Under the pieces are notes generated by a model. That model was not told the DNA's origin. It saw only the letters and a program-made list of their open reading frames with translations, and did not search any database. A stretch of 63,130 bases of DNA, the filler included, from Rhabdomonas costata (lineage: Eukaryota), in the NCBI GenBank assembly GCA_019059605.1. It is 21 parts of 21 records of this genome, joined end to end, with 100 filler letters (N's around TTAATTAATTAA, not from the genome) between each part and the next. Parts side by side here need not be neighbours in the genome. Positions count along the whole stretch, not along the records: positions 12,059 to 14,971 come from JAHMHO010001745.1; positions 15,072 to 17,988 come from JAHMHO010001746.1; positions 18,089 to 21,001 come from JAHMHO010001747.1; positions 21,102 to 24,020 come from JAHMHO010001748.1; 17 more parts are not named here. One strand, 5' to 3'. This document shows, piece after piece, positions 12,059-24,120 of the stretch (within the stretch, counting starts at the first letter, position 1; each line of letters opens with the position of its first letter). A program made the position numbers and the translations under genes.

Positions 12059-12500
12059 GTCTCTACTCGTGTGTGGTTCCTGTTAATGTTGCTACCTCTG
12101 CTGTTGGTGTCGAAGTCTGTGCTTGTGTCGTAGTCTGTTTGTCTCTGTCTGTAGTGCTTATGCTGTTTTTGTTGTCGTCGGAGGGTGTTGGGGTTGGGGT
12201 TGGCGTCGGAGGGTGCATGGTGTCAGGATGTTGTTGGTTGGTGCTTCTGCTGTAGTGTGTCTGTGTCAGTGGGTGGTTGTTGGGGATAGGTTTGATGCGT
12301 GAGGGTTGATGGTCAGTGTGTTTGTGGTGGTCATGTTGTCTGTAGCGCTTGTATGGTGGTGGTGGTTGAGGGTGGTTGGTGCGTAGGGTTGCTGCTTCTG
12401 TGTGTTAGTCCTGTAGTGTTAGCGTGTGTTGGGTTGAGGGCTGTTGTGTGGTGGTTCGAGGCATGTTGGGGTTACGTGGTGAGGATGGAGGCATAGGGTA
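12059..12500 (+). repeat. G/T-skewed low-complexity tract
   Basis: The plus strand is dominated by G and T, with no fixed period. Confidence 0.6.
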
Positions 12501-12775
12501 GGAGTATCAGCATGACTATGAGTGAAGAGAAGAGAGTAACTCAGCTTGTAGTAGCAAGAGCAAGAACTCACCCTCTATCGCGATGCCCTTCACTTCTACG
12601 CACTCTACTATGCACTCAACTACGCATGGCTCCTGCTACGCAGATCCATGCTTCGTACTTACCCACTGAGTCAAAAGCGTAAGGGTATGTTCTTCGCGTG
12701 TACCTCGAATGCTCCACTCTACCACCATAGTTCAGTCCCCGACTCACGTCGGTACGTTCACTCGGTCACATTCAC

Positions 12776-12925
12776 ACTCGCTCCTCTCCCTACGGTCGAT
12801 GTCGCTCCTGTTCATGTTCCTTGTCATAGTCATCACATTCGTCCTCTCGCTACGCTCGATGTCCTCATGTTCCTCCAGAGTACAGTCGTCACACTCGCTC
12901 CTTGCTACGCTCGTGTTCCTCGTTG
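12776..12925 (+). repeat. Degenerate ~56-60-nt minisatellite (~3 units)
   Basis: A cactcgctcct(c)t..ctacg.tcg(a)tgt core recurs at ~12776, ~12836 and ~12892. Confidence 0.55.
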
Positions 12926-13038
12926 CACCTCCTCCGTGGGGCTGTTTAGAATTGTTCAGAAACGCTCTGTGGTCTCCTCTGCTGCAGGTCCGCACAGAAA
13001 GCAGCACTCCCAATTGTGTGAAGGGTTGAAATATGCAG

Positions 13039-13827
13039 CAAGAAATGGAGGACCCCGACCTGGACCTCTCGCAGCCCGAGGTTCGGGTGCTCACTTCTTC
13101 CGCCCGGGATGGATTGGCCTTGGATGACATCTCCAGCCGGTTCCCGCATGTGCTGAAGACGGACCAGGAGCTGGAAAGGCTAGTATCTGCGCTCAGCCAG
13201 GCCCCGGACACCTGTCATCTGAGGGACTGGCAGCTCTTTCAGCTCGCCTCCGCCATGTCCGTAACCGAGTGTGATGCCACGATTGTGGTGTCTGCTCTCT
13301 CTCTCTTCATTTTTCGTTCTGTCCGTCATATCGATGGACTGTGTCCGAACCCCATCGCACAGAATCATTCCCTTCCCATCGTTGTCCATGCTTTTTCTTC
13401 GTTAGAGCCATTATAGCCGTCGCTCCCTCTTCCTGTCCTTTGTCCTCCCTCCGACTTTTTTTCCTCACGCTTTCTCCCTCTCCCTCTTTCATTCCCCTCC
13501 TGTTCTTTCCCAACCCGGGTCTGACGCCGTCGCTGCGTGAAGTTCAGTGAAAAAGGTTGTGGGGAACAGAGCCTCTCTCTGTCAGTGTGTGGCATGTGAT
13601 GCTTGCTTGGGTGGAACTCGGATGCTTTTGGGTGCTGTTGGAAGCGGGCCCGTCAGGGAGAAATCGATTGGTGGTCCTCGCTTGGGTGGATACGGTACAG
13701 TGGGCGTGCATAGTTGTCGGCTGCCTCCTCACGCTCCCTCCCCATTCTCTCGACCGCACAGGGCATTGACGAGGCCGATGGTGGTCCTGTGTCTATAAGA
13801 TCGAAGAGAACGAAGATCTACCTCGTG
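13039..13827 (+). CDS. Divergent cyclic-nucleotide-binding domain protein (PKA-R/PKG-like, partial)
   Basis: Exons 13039-13287 and 13762-13827 (phase 0). KTDQELERLVSAL...HLRDWQLFQLASAM...KIYLV parallels the helices preceding cNMP domain A in PKA regulatory subunits. Confidence 0.55.
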
Positions 13828-15162
13828 GTATGGACCTGTCATCTTTCCGAAAGCACTGAGCATTCGCAACTTACAAGCGTGAAAATGAAAACAAACCTTG
13901 CATCGGTGTTCTCTCGTCAGAGTTCTTTTTTCACTCTTGGCATGTGGGTGCTGAGTCCAGCAGTACTGCATACTCGCGGTGTTTCCATGCAGGTGGGGTG
14001 GCTTTGCGGTCTTGCAAAGGGGCTTGGGTTTTTATCTTCACCTGTGGACCTTTATATGGATCTTTGCATTTTAGCACGATGTATCTGAGACTTCACCTTT
14101 GCTTCCCTATATGTCAAAAAGCGCACCACAGTGAAAGCTAATTGTATATCGGCGCCCGTAGACGAGAGTTGAATGAATTCCGAGGACGTATGGTATTTTA
14201 TGGAAGTGCTTTTGCACCATTTGATCCACATCCTTCGAATACACTGTCCTCCCATTTTCTTTCATCAGGACAAATCCGTTCTTCAAAAGATAGAAGCTTG
14301 CAGTATGCCTGGTTTCCGTTCTTAGTTGCTGTGACTTTCCTTTGGCGCTTGTGCAAGAGCTTGCGTTTGGTAACAAAGCTGCCATGGCATTGTTTCAGGC
14401 CCCACCCTTCAGCCACGTTGGTTCAGCTTCAACCGTACGCTGCCCTTTTGCTGCGCCAGTGTCTACCTTTGGATTAGGTGAATCCCGTGTAACTATCAAT
14501 TTTTTTCTATGTTACAGACATTTCTTGCTTATCTCTTCGAATTCGATCTTCGAGCGTGCGCGACCCAGCGACAAACGTTTCCCATCGGTTCCTGCTTTTG
14601 TTTCGAACAGCATGCTGTTTTCTCCCCCCCCCCTCTCTCCCATTTCTCTCTCTCCCTCTCTGTGATTTGTCCCAGGAACTCCCGAACCCCCGCTGCCAGA
14701 GGCACCTTCACAGGAGGACACCAATATCCGCTCCGATTCCCGCGCCTCGTTCTCGTCATCGGTCACGCCAGTTCACTCTCCAAGCAACCCCATAATGGTC
14801 ACCCCTCTTTCCAGAAGTATGCGGTGGGGATTCCTTTTTTCCTTCCTGCCTTTCTTTTTTGTTTCGCTCAAATCTAGTTTCGACCGGCACCCTTTTCTAT
14901 CCTCAGGGTGTCTCCGAAAATGCGCTGACCTTGTGTGAAAAAGTTTTGACAGTATTGTTGGCCCGGGAAGGNNNNNNNNNNNNNNNNNNNNNNNNNNNNN
15001 NNNNNNNNNNNNNNNTTAATTAATTAANNNNNNNNNNNNNNNNNNNNNNNNNNNNNNNNNNNNNNNNNNNNTGTGTTGGGATGACACCCCCCCCCTTTTG
15101 GCGAACTGTGGGTTCCCGTTCGATGGGCAGTTTTTTCCATGCACACTTTCGCACGGATGCAG

Positions 15163-16046
15163 TCCCTTCTGGCAAAGCGGAGCAACGCCTCCAGCGAGGA
15201 GGCCAGCAACCACAAGTCCGTGATCACGGCACTGGTACAGTGCTCTTTGTGTGGGTGGGCGTGCCAGCAGCTGTGTCGGGTAGGTTCAGTGTCACTTCGC
15301 GCTGGTAGACGAAACCTGTCATTGGCGAAGTAGTGAAGTAGTGAAGTGGAGCTGCAGGTGAGGGGACTTTCGTGTAAGCGAGTTTGAAGGAGCAAAGACA
15401 GATGGAAAATGACTGCCCCCGACTTGCGTACGCACTTGTGTGTGAATGTGCAAAGTCGGTTGTTGACTGCTTTCATTTTTCGTCTTTAGGGTTACTTTTG
15501 TATGGTTGCAAGCGGTATTAATAGCTGGCATATGCTGCATTCTTTCTTCGTCTTTTGGCTCCTGTGATTGGTACATACATTTGTTGGACTTACTTTTGAT
15601 CCTGTGATTGATTATTGATATACCGGGTAGATTCAACTGAAGTCAAGAAAAAATAATTCCTCAGTGATGTCAAATCAGCTGGGCTTGTTGTTTTATTACG
15701 CTGATTCCTCGTTCGTCTTCCATCTACCTCAAAGGTCGACTGCACCGGGACATGGGCTTTGAGCGGGATTCGCCTGTGGGGTATGCGTCCGAGCTCGTTC
15801 TGTTTGCGATGGGTGCGGTGGGCTGGACACAGGTGCTTCATCTGCACCTGTCAGGGGATGGCCTTTCTTTTTATGTGCGGTCGCCTTAACTCTGTGACGA
15901 CTGCGGCTGCCGCCGTATTACTCGACTGGTAGAGGTTGAAAGCTGCTTTTTGGCAGCATCTTATGCTGCGACGATCTCGTGGTTTGTGTTTGTGATGATG
16001 ATTCTTGCAGCAGCTCGTGCGCATTATTTTGTACTGTGCTGTGCTG

Positions 16047-16082
<36 letters not shown>

Positions 16083-17960
16083 TGCAGGGGTGTGGCACGC
16101 CGCATGGCTGGTGCAGTCCAAGTTGCTGGACTACCCTACAGCCCAGCTGAACAATCTGGTCACCCAGGTCACTCCGGGCGTGTGTAAGGAAAAAGGAATG
16201 GAGGAACTGGATGCATCATGCGGCGTGGAAATCCTTCGACTCTGGCCGTGCTCGCCCTGGAAACCTGGGAAATGCCTCCATCTTCTTACGCACGCAGTGA
16301 CAATATCGGTTTAAGGGCACTTTTACCGATCTCGAGTAATATAGGGGGTTTGTCTCGAGTTATATTGTGCAGTTGCGCGCGTAGCACGTCAGGATCACGG
16401 CTCTTCTGTGGTTCCCCGCAACCAATTGACCAAATGTGTCTTTAGGGCTTTGTTGCCTTCCAAGAGTTTCAGCTTCTGGATGTCAGCTGGGTCGACCAGT
16501 TCGCCGCGGATGCCTCGCTGCTGCTTCAGGTGATTCTACCTGAGTTCCAGGCTCATGCTTCATCTCGTATATCGTCACAAGAGCACACAGGAGTTTGACT
16601 TCAACGTAAGTTTTGAACGAATGGGTAGGATCCAGCTCAAACTGGGTCATTTTTTATCCTGCGATCACCCCCATTCCAACCGCTGGGCCGGGAGCATAGG
16701 TGCTGGAGTACAGGCCCAAGATCGAAAAGGACGAAGGCGTGATCAACCCGAACATTGAAGGTTTGCCCCGCGCATCTTGCGAAACACGCCATGGCCCTTT
16801 GGTTGCCCAGCCTGTATTTTTCTTGCGATCGTTTGCCGGAGGCCATTCGAAGGGTGAAGGATGTAAAATAAGGGTTTGCGTGCGCGAGATGGTTGGGACA
16901 CAACCTCGTAGACAAATTTCCATTGACACCAAGTGGACGGGAAGTGGGGCATGGGGCTTTCAATTTCCAGGCTGAACCAGTGTAGTAGCAGACCTGTCTG
17001 CTCACTTCAGTATGTGGATGTAGTTTGTTGTCAGCGGTCGCTACTTTTCCTCTGCGCTCCCTTCAAAAGGTCGAATTGAGTTCCGCGACGTTCACTTTGC
17101 GTACCCCTCCTCCCCCGACGTGCCAGTGCTGAAGGGGATCTCCTTCGTCGTCCCACCCGGGAAGTTTGCCGGGCTGGTGTGCTTTGTTTATTTGTTTAGG
17201 TGCCGTCGTAGTAACAAGTCTGGGCGTGTATGAGGTCGTGAAAAGGTATACGACAGTCAGAATCGAAAATGGATTGAACCGCCAGAGGTATGCGATACGT
17301 GATGAATGTCCTGTTTGCCAACTTGTTGACCTTCCCTTGGCAGCTTCCCTGGCTGTGGTGCTTGTGCATGTGTGTTCCGCGGGGCTGTGGAACCCATGCA
17401 ATGTCTACCCAAGCTGTCGTAGCTAGAGGGTTGTGTGCGCGTTGCGAGCTTTGCTGTGGCCCATGACCTGCACGAGTTCTTTTGTTAGGTTTTTGAAACG
17501 CACTTTGTATCTGCGTGGCCATACCAAAATAAAAGGTTGGCCAGTCGGGTGGGGGCAAGTCTACGACGATGCAGCTGCTGCAGCGCCTGTACGACCCCAC
17601 GGCGGGCCAGATCCTGCTGGATGGTGTTGACCTAAGGTATCCCTCTAAATAGCCGACAGCTTGCTGTCCGTTTTCTTATGTCCGCACTTTTTATTGGTTG
17701 TGCACATCTGTGCAAATAGAGATGCGTCAGCATTGGTGAGGTAACAGCTGAAGATACGCGGGAGAGCAAATGGTAACAATCCCTTGCACCACTGCAATAT
17801 GGGGGATACTTTTCACTTTTACCGCGGTCGGGGGTTCAGGGACTACAATCCCCGCTGGCTGCGGACACAAATGGCGGTGGTGTCGCAGAACGTGCAGCTC
17901 TTTGACATCTCCATCGAGGACAACATCCGCCTGGCCAACCCCGCGGCCACCCGGGATGAG
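15163..17960 (+). CDS. ABC transporter, ABCB-type (end of transmembrane region + NBD, partial)
   Basis: NBD exons 17070-17176 ([13 protein letters not shown]), 17536-17636 (Walker [17 protein letters not shown]) and 17840-17960 (Q-loop VVSQ, SIEDNI). Four to five upstream exons lie between ~15163 and 16760. Confidence 0.93.
16047..16082 (+). repeat. (GT)n microsatellite next to a splice acceptor
   Basis: Direct inspection. Confidence 0.95.
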
Positions 17961-18665
17961 GTATCCCTCCCGTTGAACAAAAGGTGCTNNNNNNNNNNNN
18001 NNNNNNNNNNNNNNNNNNNNNNNNNNNNNNNNTTAATTAATTAANNNNNNNNNNNNNNNNNNNNNNNNNNNNNNNNNNNNNNNNNNNNTTGTTGTGGTCC
18101 ACACCCTTCGAGTAGGTCTGCACAACAGAGGTACGGGGGGGGGTCCAATGAATGTTTATTCTCTTCCGTTCTTCTGGTGACCTCGAAAAAACCCCGGGGC
18201 ACTATAAATCTCTGGTGGGCACCAGCAAGGGCGAGGTGGACGAGTACTTTATTGTATTGTATTGTATATTATTGTATTGTATATGTATTGTCACATTTTG
18301 GGGGCTGACCTCCACACAAAGGAGAGCAAAAGGAGACGTTCAGAGGAAACAAAACCTGAACATGACAACAAAACTTAAGCCCGGGCACAAGGCAAACAGA
18401 AAGAAGAGAGCAAGGTAGCAGTCAGGCGTGACTTACGAGGATCTGCGCGCAACGTAGTTGGTCGCTCCCCTTAACACCATGAGCTTTTGTTTGTTGGACT
18501 AGCTTTTAAACGTGCACGGCCCCCCAAAAAACCCTGTAAAACTTCTTTTGAAATCGACAAGAAGGGGCGAAGAACAGGATGGTGTGTGGTGATTTTGGAA
18601 GGTAATGAAGAGAACGGGACGCGAAACCCCAGCAACTGACCTGGGGAGAGAGAGCGCACACACAC

Positions 18666-20642
18666 CGGAAGAATCCCCAAAGTGTCATAGTGGGACACCA
18701 CTGCCAGGGAAGCCGCCTCCGAGTCGTCCCGGCCGCTACCATGCAGCAGTCCCTTGGGAGAATGGAACGACGAGTTTGATCAATATGAGCGGTTTTTCTT
18801 GGATGCCGATGCATGATGGCAAGGAAGGCACAAAAAGCCATGCAGTGTGCAGTGTGGTGTAGGTGCCGTCGAGAGAGCCTCCGCTGCGCTTGAGGAAAGA
18901 AGCAGCACACTGAAAAACAAAAAAGGTTCGGATGCAATTTTTGGACTGCGGCACCGCCACCTTGGAATCCAAAAAGCGTCCTTTTTAAGGCGTGAAAAGG
19001 GGCAAAAAAAAATACACCGAAAAGAGGTCAAAACGATCATAATCCGCACAAACAAAAAGGTGAGTCGATTCGTGGGGGGTCGATTTTTCAACCCGAGACA
19101 AACCACACCTTGGACCCATGTGGGCTGAAACAGGGCTGAAAGCCTGGAAAAATGGGGTTTGGGTCCAAAGACTCCAAAGAGCAAAAACTAAAAGCAAACA
19201 TTCAACTGAATGGGAATAGTCGACAGAAAAGTGGTTCACGCAAGAGAGAAACCAAGTTACAACATTAGTCCGGCGCTGCTCTTGCGGTGGTTTTTCATGC
19301 TTCACGCGAGCTCCGGTATGTGAGTCTTCCCTAACCTGTAATGTATTCCTCCCCCCACTTCCGCCCTCGATGGTCTCCCTCCATTCAGTGCCCGCCTCCT
19401 GCCTTCGATGTTGTACAAGCTCTACCACCCATTACTTGTCTTTTGGCCCTTTCCCGTCCTTGCGTCCGTTGCCTTCCCGCGCTCCTCATGCGGTGCTTCT
19501 ATTTATCCACGCGAGCTGTGTCCGTCTTCCCTTCCCTCTGGTATTTCGACCCCCTGCCCAGTCTCGGTCCCCTTGTAGTCTTCCTTCAATCTTTGCGAGT
19601 CCCCTTCCCATCTTTTCTGCATTTTGTGCTTTTGTGCATTTTGTGAAAGTGATGGACACTATGTACAATCCCTCTCTGCGCTGATCCCTTTCTGGATCCG
19701 GCTTCTCTTCCCTTTTTTGTTCCGTGCATGTAATTTGCTGTTTGTACCCTTTAAAGCACCGGCCCCACAGTTTCCTTGGTGCATCCTTGTCTTGCTCCAG
19801 TGTGCGGTTATCCTCGCTCTAGGTCTCCTTGTCTTCTTTCTTTCTTTGCCAGTCCCGTTGCCATTTTTTCCTGCATTGCCTTTGTTCTATTCCCCACCTC
19901 CGGTGCTGTGTCGGACACCACCGGCTGCTATTTCTTTCTCCAACAAAAAAACTGAAGGCTCCCCTTCTCATCACCTTCCCAGACAATTCTCTTTTTTATT
20001 GCAGGCCCCCTGTCATTTTCATCTCCTTTATGACGAGTTTGCAGTCTGTGCCACGGCCTCAAAGCTGAAAAAGTGTTTGGACTTGACTGGAGCACTGCGG
20101 TTCACTCAGGGATTATCGCTCTTGCAGCAAACGGCAAACAGCAAACACAGAGCAGACTCAGAGCAAAGAAAGAGAAAGAGAGACTTCCCTTTGATAACCT
20201 TCGGAGTTTGGTGTGTACTCCTGTTTCCTTCTCCAAAGCCAAATTTTCCGAAGGGTATATTGAAAAACTATGCAACCTGCACTTTTCCCTTTGATCCCTC
20301 AAGAAGAAGCAGAAGAAGCAAGGTCAATCCATAAAACTTGCAAGCAGTCGACCCCCTGTGCAATCTCACTTCTGCAGCAGCCACTCGAACTTGGCACAGC
20401 AACAAGCTTGCTGACATTCTGCAAGCTAAGCCACCACCCCCACCCTAGGTAAACAAAACCGTGAAGCAAGTTTATTGTTGGAGGGCGGCAAATTTTCCCA
20501 ACACAGAAGTCTAACAATTGACACAACGCCCTGGCACACCCAGACAGATGAAATCTTGGGCTCGCTGAGCACCTCTGCCTCCCGAGTGGAGACAACAACA
20601 GTGAAGTCCTCCGTCAGTGGCAACGAACGGGAGAGTGCTCGG
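18666..20642 (-). CDS. NCLN: Nicalin-like protein (M28 peptidase-like fold, partial)
   Basis: Exons 20642-20540 and 18752-18666 join in phase 0 to give EDFTVVVSTREAEVLSEPKISSVW|GLLHGSG...LAVVSHYDTLGILP, matching the nicalin GxLxG...IxVxxYDxxGxxP pattern. Confidence 0.75.
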
Positions 20643-21129
20643 CTGGGCAACAAACGCCATATACTTTTTCTCTTCGTGTCAGGGGATGGGGAGAATGGAG
20701 TCAATGCAAACAGTCGGATTTGAGACAAGAGGGTCTTAGAACAGGTTTGAATTCACAATGACACAACCTGTATGTAACGTTAAAACGGAAAGCAGTTAAC
20801 GGCGTTAACCTATGCAACTCTTCAAATAAATTTCCGGGCCAGGGGAGTAAATTGCGTCAAATTCGCATAATTTGGTGGCGCCCAAATTACAGCCCAAATC
20901 GCAGTTCCACGTGAGCAGAGTAACAACCCAGACTTTCCCCCTAAATAATCGGCAATCTTCGTTGCTCTCGATATCTAGGGTGCATTTTGTACAAACCACA
21001 CNNNNNNNNNNNNNNNNNNNNNNNNNNNNNNNNNNNNNNNNNNNNTTAATTAATTAANNNNNNNNNNNNNNNNNNNNNNNNNNNNNNNNNNNNNNNNNNN
21101 NTGTTGGGGTGTATATCTTTAGCTCACGG

Positions 21130-21188
21130 CTTTTTCTTTTTTTTTGTTTTCTTTTCTTTTCTTTTCTTTTCTTTTCTTTTCTTTTCTT
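21130..21188 (+). repeat. (TTTTC)n microsatellite
   Basis: Direct inspection. Confidence 0.9.
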
Positions 21189-22140
21189 GTGTTTGTGATT
21201 CGCCGCCCCCAGCCCAGAACAGTCTCCACGGAGTTAATTGTTATCCTATCACAAAGTCACAAAGGTACAACTGTGACTTCTACGGTTTGCAATGTCGTAG
21301 AGAGATGTCGCGGCAAAAGATGGCACAGGAAGGGGTGCCCCAAACTGCCCCGTAAACCAGCAGTGCCCCCCTTCCTGTCCAGTCCTGAATTGGAAATGAA
21401 GGGGATATCCCGCACAACATTCGTTGAAACACAATATTCACGGTCCTCCAATCAACCTCGTGGTCAAGCTCTCCTCCTTAAAGCGCAAAAGTCACAAGAG
21501 AAAACTTTATAAAGCAAACTATTCGCATATTTTATGAACACGGACGGATGGACCGGAGGGAAGCAGAGTTCATCATCTCTGCGACAAAAGGTGAAGCCAG
21601 AAAAACAGAAATACGCCAGAAACCGCGCAGGCACACCGCCGCACACACATGCACACGCAGGAACGCATACGAACATTATCCCTTCTTCCTCGGGTGACCA
21701 TGAAAAGGGCAAGCAGGAACAGCAACAGGAAGGAAACGACCTGCCACCAGGTCACAGCTTCTCCATTACTGGACCCATCACCCGTCAACCCAAGGTCGAG
21801 ATGAAGATTGGTGAAAGGATGCCTTGTTGAAGGGGCGCTGCGCGGAACTGGGAACTGCGGTAAAGGAAACAGAGAGTTTCAGGAATTCCCGAATTACCTG
21901 CTTCATTTGCATGTATCCAGAATGAATTCGCTCCTTTGACTTTGTATCGTCCAACCAGTGGGCCCTAACGGCCGCTTCAGCAATCGTACGGGTGGAGGAC
22001 AGATATTACGGCCCCAAACGTAACTCTATTCGCGAGACAAGGTCCCTCTCGGTACAGACTCCATCAGATCAGGTCTAAACAGGGCTAATGTGGAACATTG
22101 GGGTTCATCTTTGCCCGTATAGTAGTACTACTGTGATAAT

Positions 22141-22380
22141 ATGTCGACAACTCATCCGATGGAAGATTTTCGGGCCTTTTTAATCACCCTGTGGGAATAG
22201 AACATGTTCTTTGCGACCTTTTACAAGGCCTGTGGCACAGAGCTGGAGCTTTTGGAGGAGGTGCTTAGCATACCCGATGATACAGAACAGGAGAACTTCA
22301 TCTTGATACCGGATTGGGCCCAAATACTTTGGAATCAAGGTATCAAGAGGCTTTCGAGCAGACATTTCGGGCCTTTCTAC
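22141..22380 (+). pseudogene. Possible decayed N6-adenine-methyltransferase-like fragment of the DIRS-associated type
   Basis: AFLITLWE*...LLEEVL...FILIPDWAQILW...IKRLS recalls the AFxxxW / ILIxPxWxxxxW pattern. The catalytic NPP motif is absent and there is an internal TAG. Confidence 0.3.
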
Positions 22381-22510
22381 GCTCACAGCCCGCAAAAAAA
22401 GATGGGCCTTTGCATACTTGCATCGTCAGATGTACGGCACCCTTGCAGATGAGAGAACGTATAAAGGAGGGGTCCCGTTCGCCTTGCCAGAGGGTAGCCA
22501 GGTGGATGGG

Positions 22511-23294
22511 CTAAGGAGCACCGCAATCACGGGGCTGCGTTGGGCCGGCGTTAGCAACTGCTGCTGCCGAGCCACCGCCCGAAGGTGCAGGTGTCGTGAG
22601 CACGCTGAGAAGATGCAGGTACAGCGGAGCGGTCAGGCCCCACTTCGGGTGCCTCAGCCCTGCCCATTCCACGGCGTTGTCCCGGTACCAGCGCCCGGCG
22701 GGGTCCTCGGGCAGCCCTGTGAGGTGGGCCTCGAAGTGGGCCACGGCCTCTTCCGAGCTTCCCCCGCTTCTGCTGCCTCCGCCCACCGGTGACAGCAGGG
22801 CCTTCACTCCCAGCTCGAAATGGCGATGCTGCGCCCTCTCATTCTCCTAGAAGGACAGAGTGAAGCACAGGAAAAGCATTTCGATTTCGAGATTTACAAA
22901 CATTAACCCAAAAAGCGGGCCAAGGCTTCTGCAGGAATTGCAGCGCAACCTGGGGGGCACTTGAAAAGGGAGTGCTGCAGAAGAGATGATGGGAACGAAC
23001 GGAATGAGTGTTGGGTCAGCAGGTGGGGGGAGGGAGGTGGCGGCAGAATTCGCCGATCTCAAAAGAAGAAGAAGGAGCCAATGACGTCTCTTGCTGCGGG
23101 TCCTGAAAGCACGAGGAACTTAAGGCTGAAACCTTCTCCTGAAGCTGGTACATCCACTCATCGTCGGCCTGCTGCAGCCCCCCGATGACCTCGTAGACCT
23201 TCTCCACTTTGCCCTCCACCAGGGGCAACACAAGGGCCAGCCGGCACTGTGTGCTGATACTGATCTGGGAGTAGATCGAGTGATCGACCAGGAT
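22511..23294 (-). CDS. C-terminal part of an adenylate/guanylate-cyclase-like protein
   Basis: Exons 23294-23133 (ILVDHSIYSQI...KVYEVIG...DDEWMYQLQEK) and 22846-22511 (...EEAVAHFEAHL...PEDPAGRWY) fit the end of a class III cyclase fold plus a TPR-like tail. Confidence 0.6.
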
Positions 23295-24120
23295 CTGAGA
23301 AGCAGGAAGGTAAGCTCTGAAAATCTCTCAACGAAGATGAAAACAACAGCCCCTGAAACCGAAAATACGTAGCTCGCATGGTAGGGAGAAGGCGGGGGGT
23401 CCGAAGGCTCCCTGGACCACGAGAGGGTTGGGGCTACGATATGATGGCGGTAGTTTGCCTGCACCCTCCCCCCAGACACTGCGACACCCAAACTAAAGGG
23501 GGGAACTTGCCGAGTCGAAGATTGAGAATGCCGTGAGACTGCACGGTGCGTGAGTGCGTGCGAGCGGAAACCAGAACTTGTAAAGCCACCGACACCCACA
23601 CGTACAAAACAATATGGCAACAATATCATTCAAAACAAACAAAACATATGCAAAGAGCGCTAAGCCGAAGCAGGCCTCGGGTCTTTGGTATATACAGCAG
23701 ACCTCTCGAAACGGTGCGTGGCCGGCCCTAGGGGTCAGGAGATTCCCGACATTTCACCCTCGGCCGGTTGTAGTGCCCCTTGGCGGCTCCTTCGTAACCC
23801 TTTTGCGCCGCTTCTTGCCCCACGCAGCGGAGGGGGTACGACAGCACCCACAATGTACTTTACCAGGAACCACCCACGCCGAAAGGGGCTCGGCAACTGA
23901 CTCATGACCACCAGCCCACAAAAATTACCGCATCACTGCATCACTGTCACCCCATGTTCACGGGCGAGTCCACTCATCACAATGGAGGAAACAAACAAAC
24001 ACTCCTTTCTTCCCCTTATTNNNNNNNNNNNNNNNNNNNNNNNNNNNNNNNNNNNNNNNNNNNNTTAATTAATTAANNNNNNNNNNNNNNNNNNNNNNNN
24101 NNNNNNNNNNNNNNNNNNNN

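Noticed and set aside
18666-18701. HYDTLGI as the start of a DnaJ domain
   Set aside because: The upstream exon context fits nicalin, and no HPD motif follows.
19624-20334. 236-aa and similar long ORFs in the ORF track (e.g. 55625-56338, 56564-57172)
   Set aside because: They lie in introns or overlap real exons in the wrong frame or strand, and have low-complexity composition.
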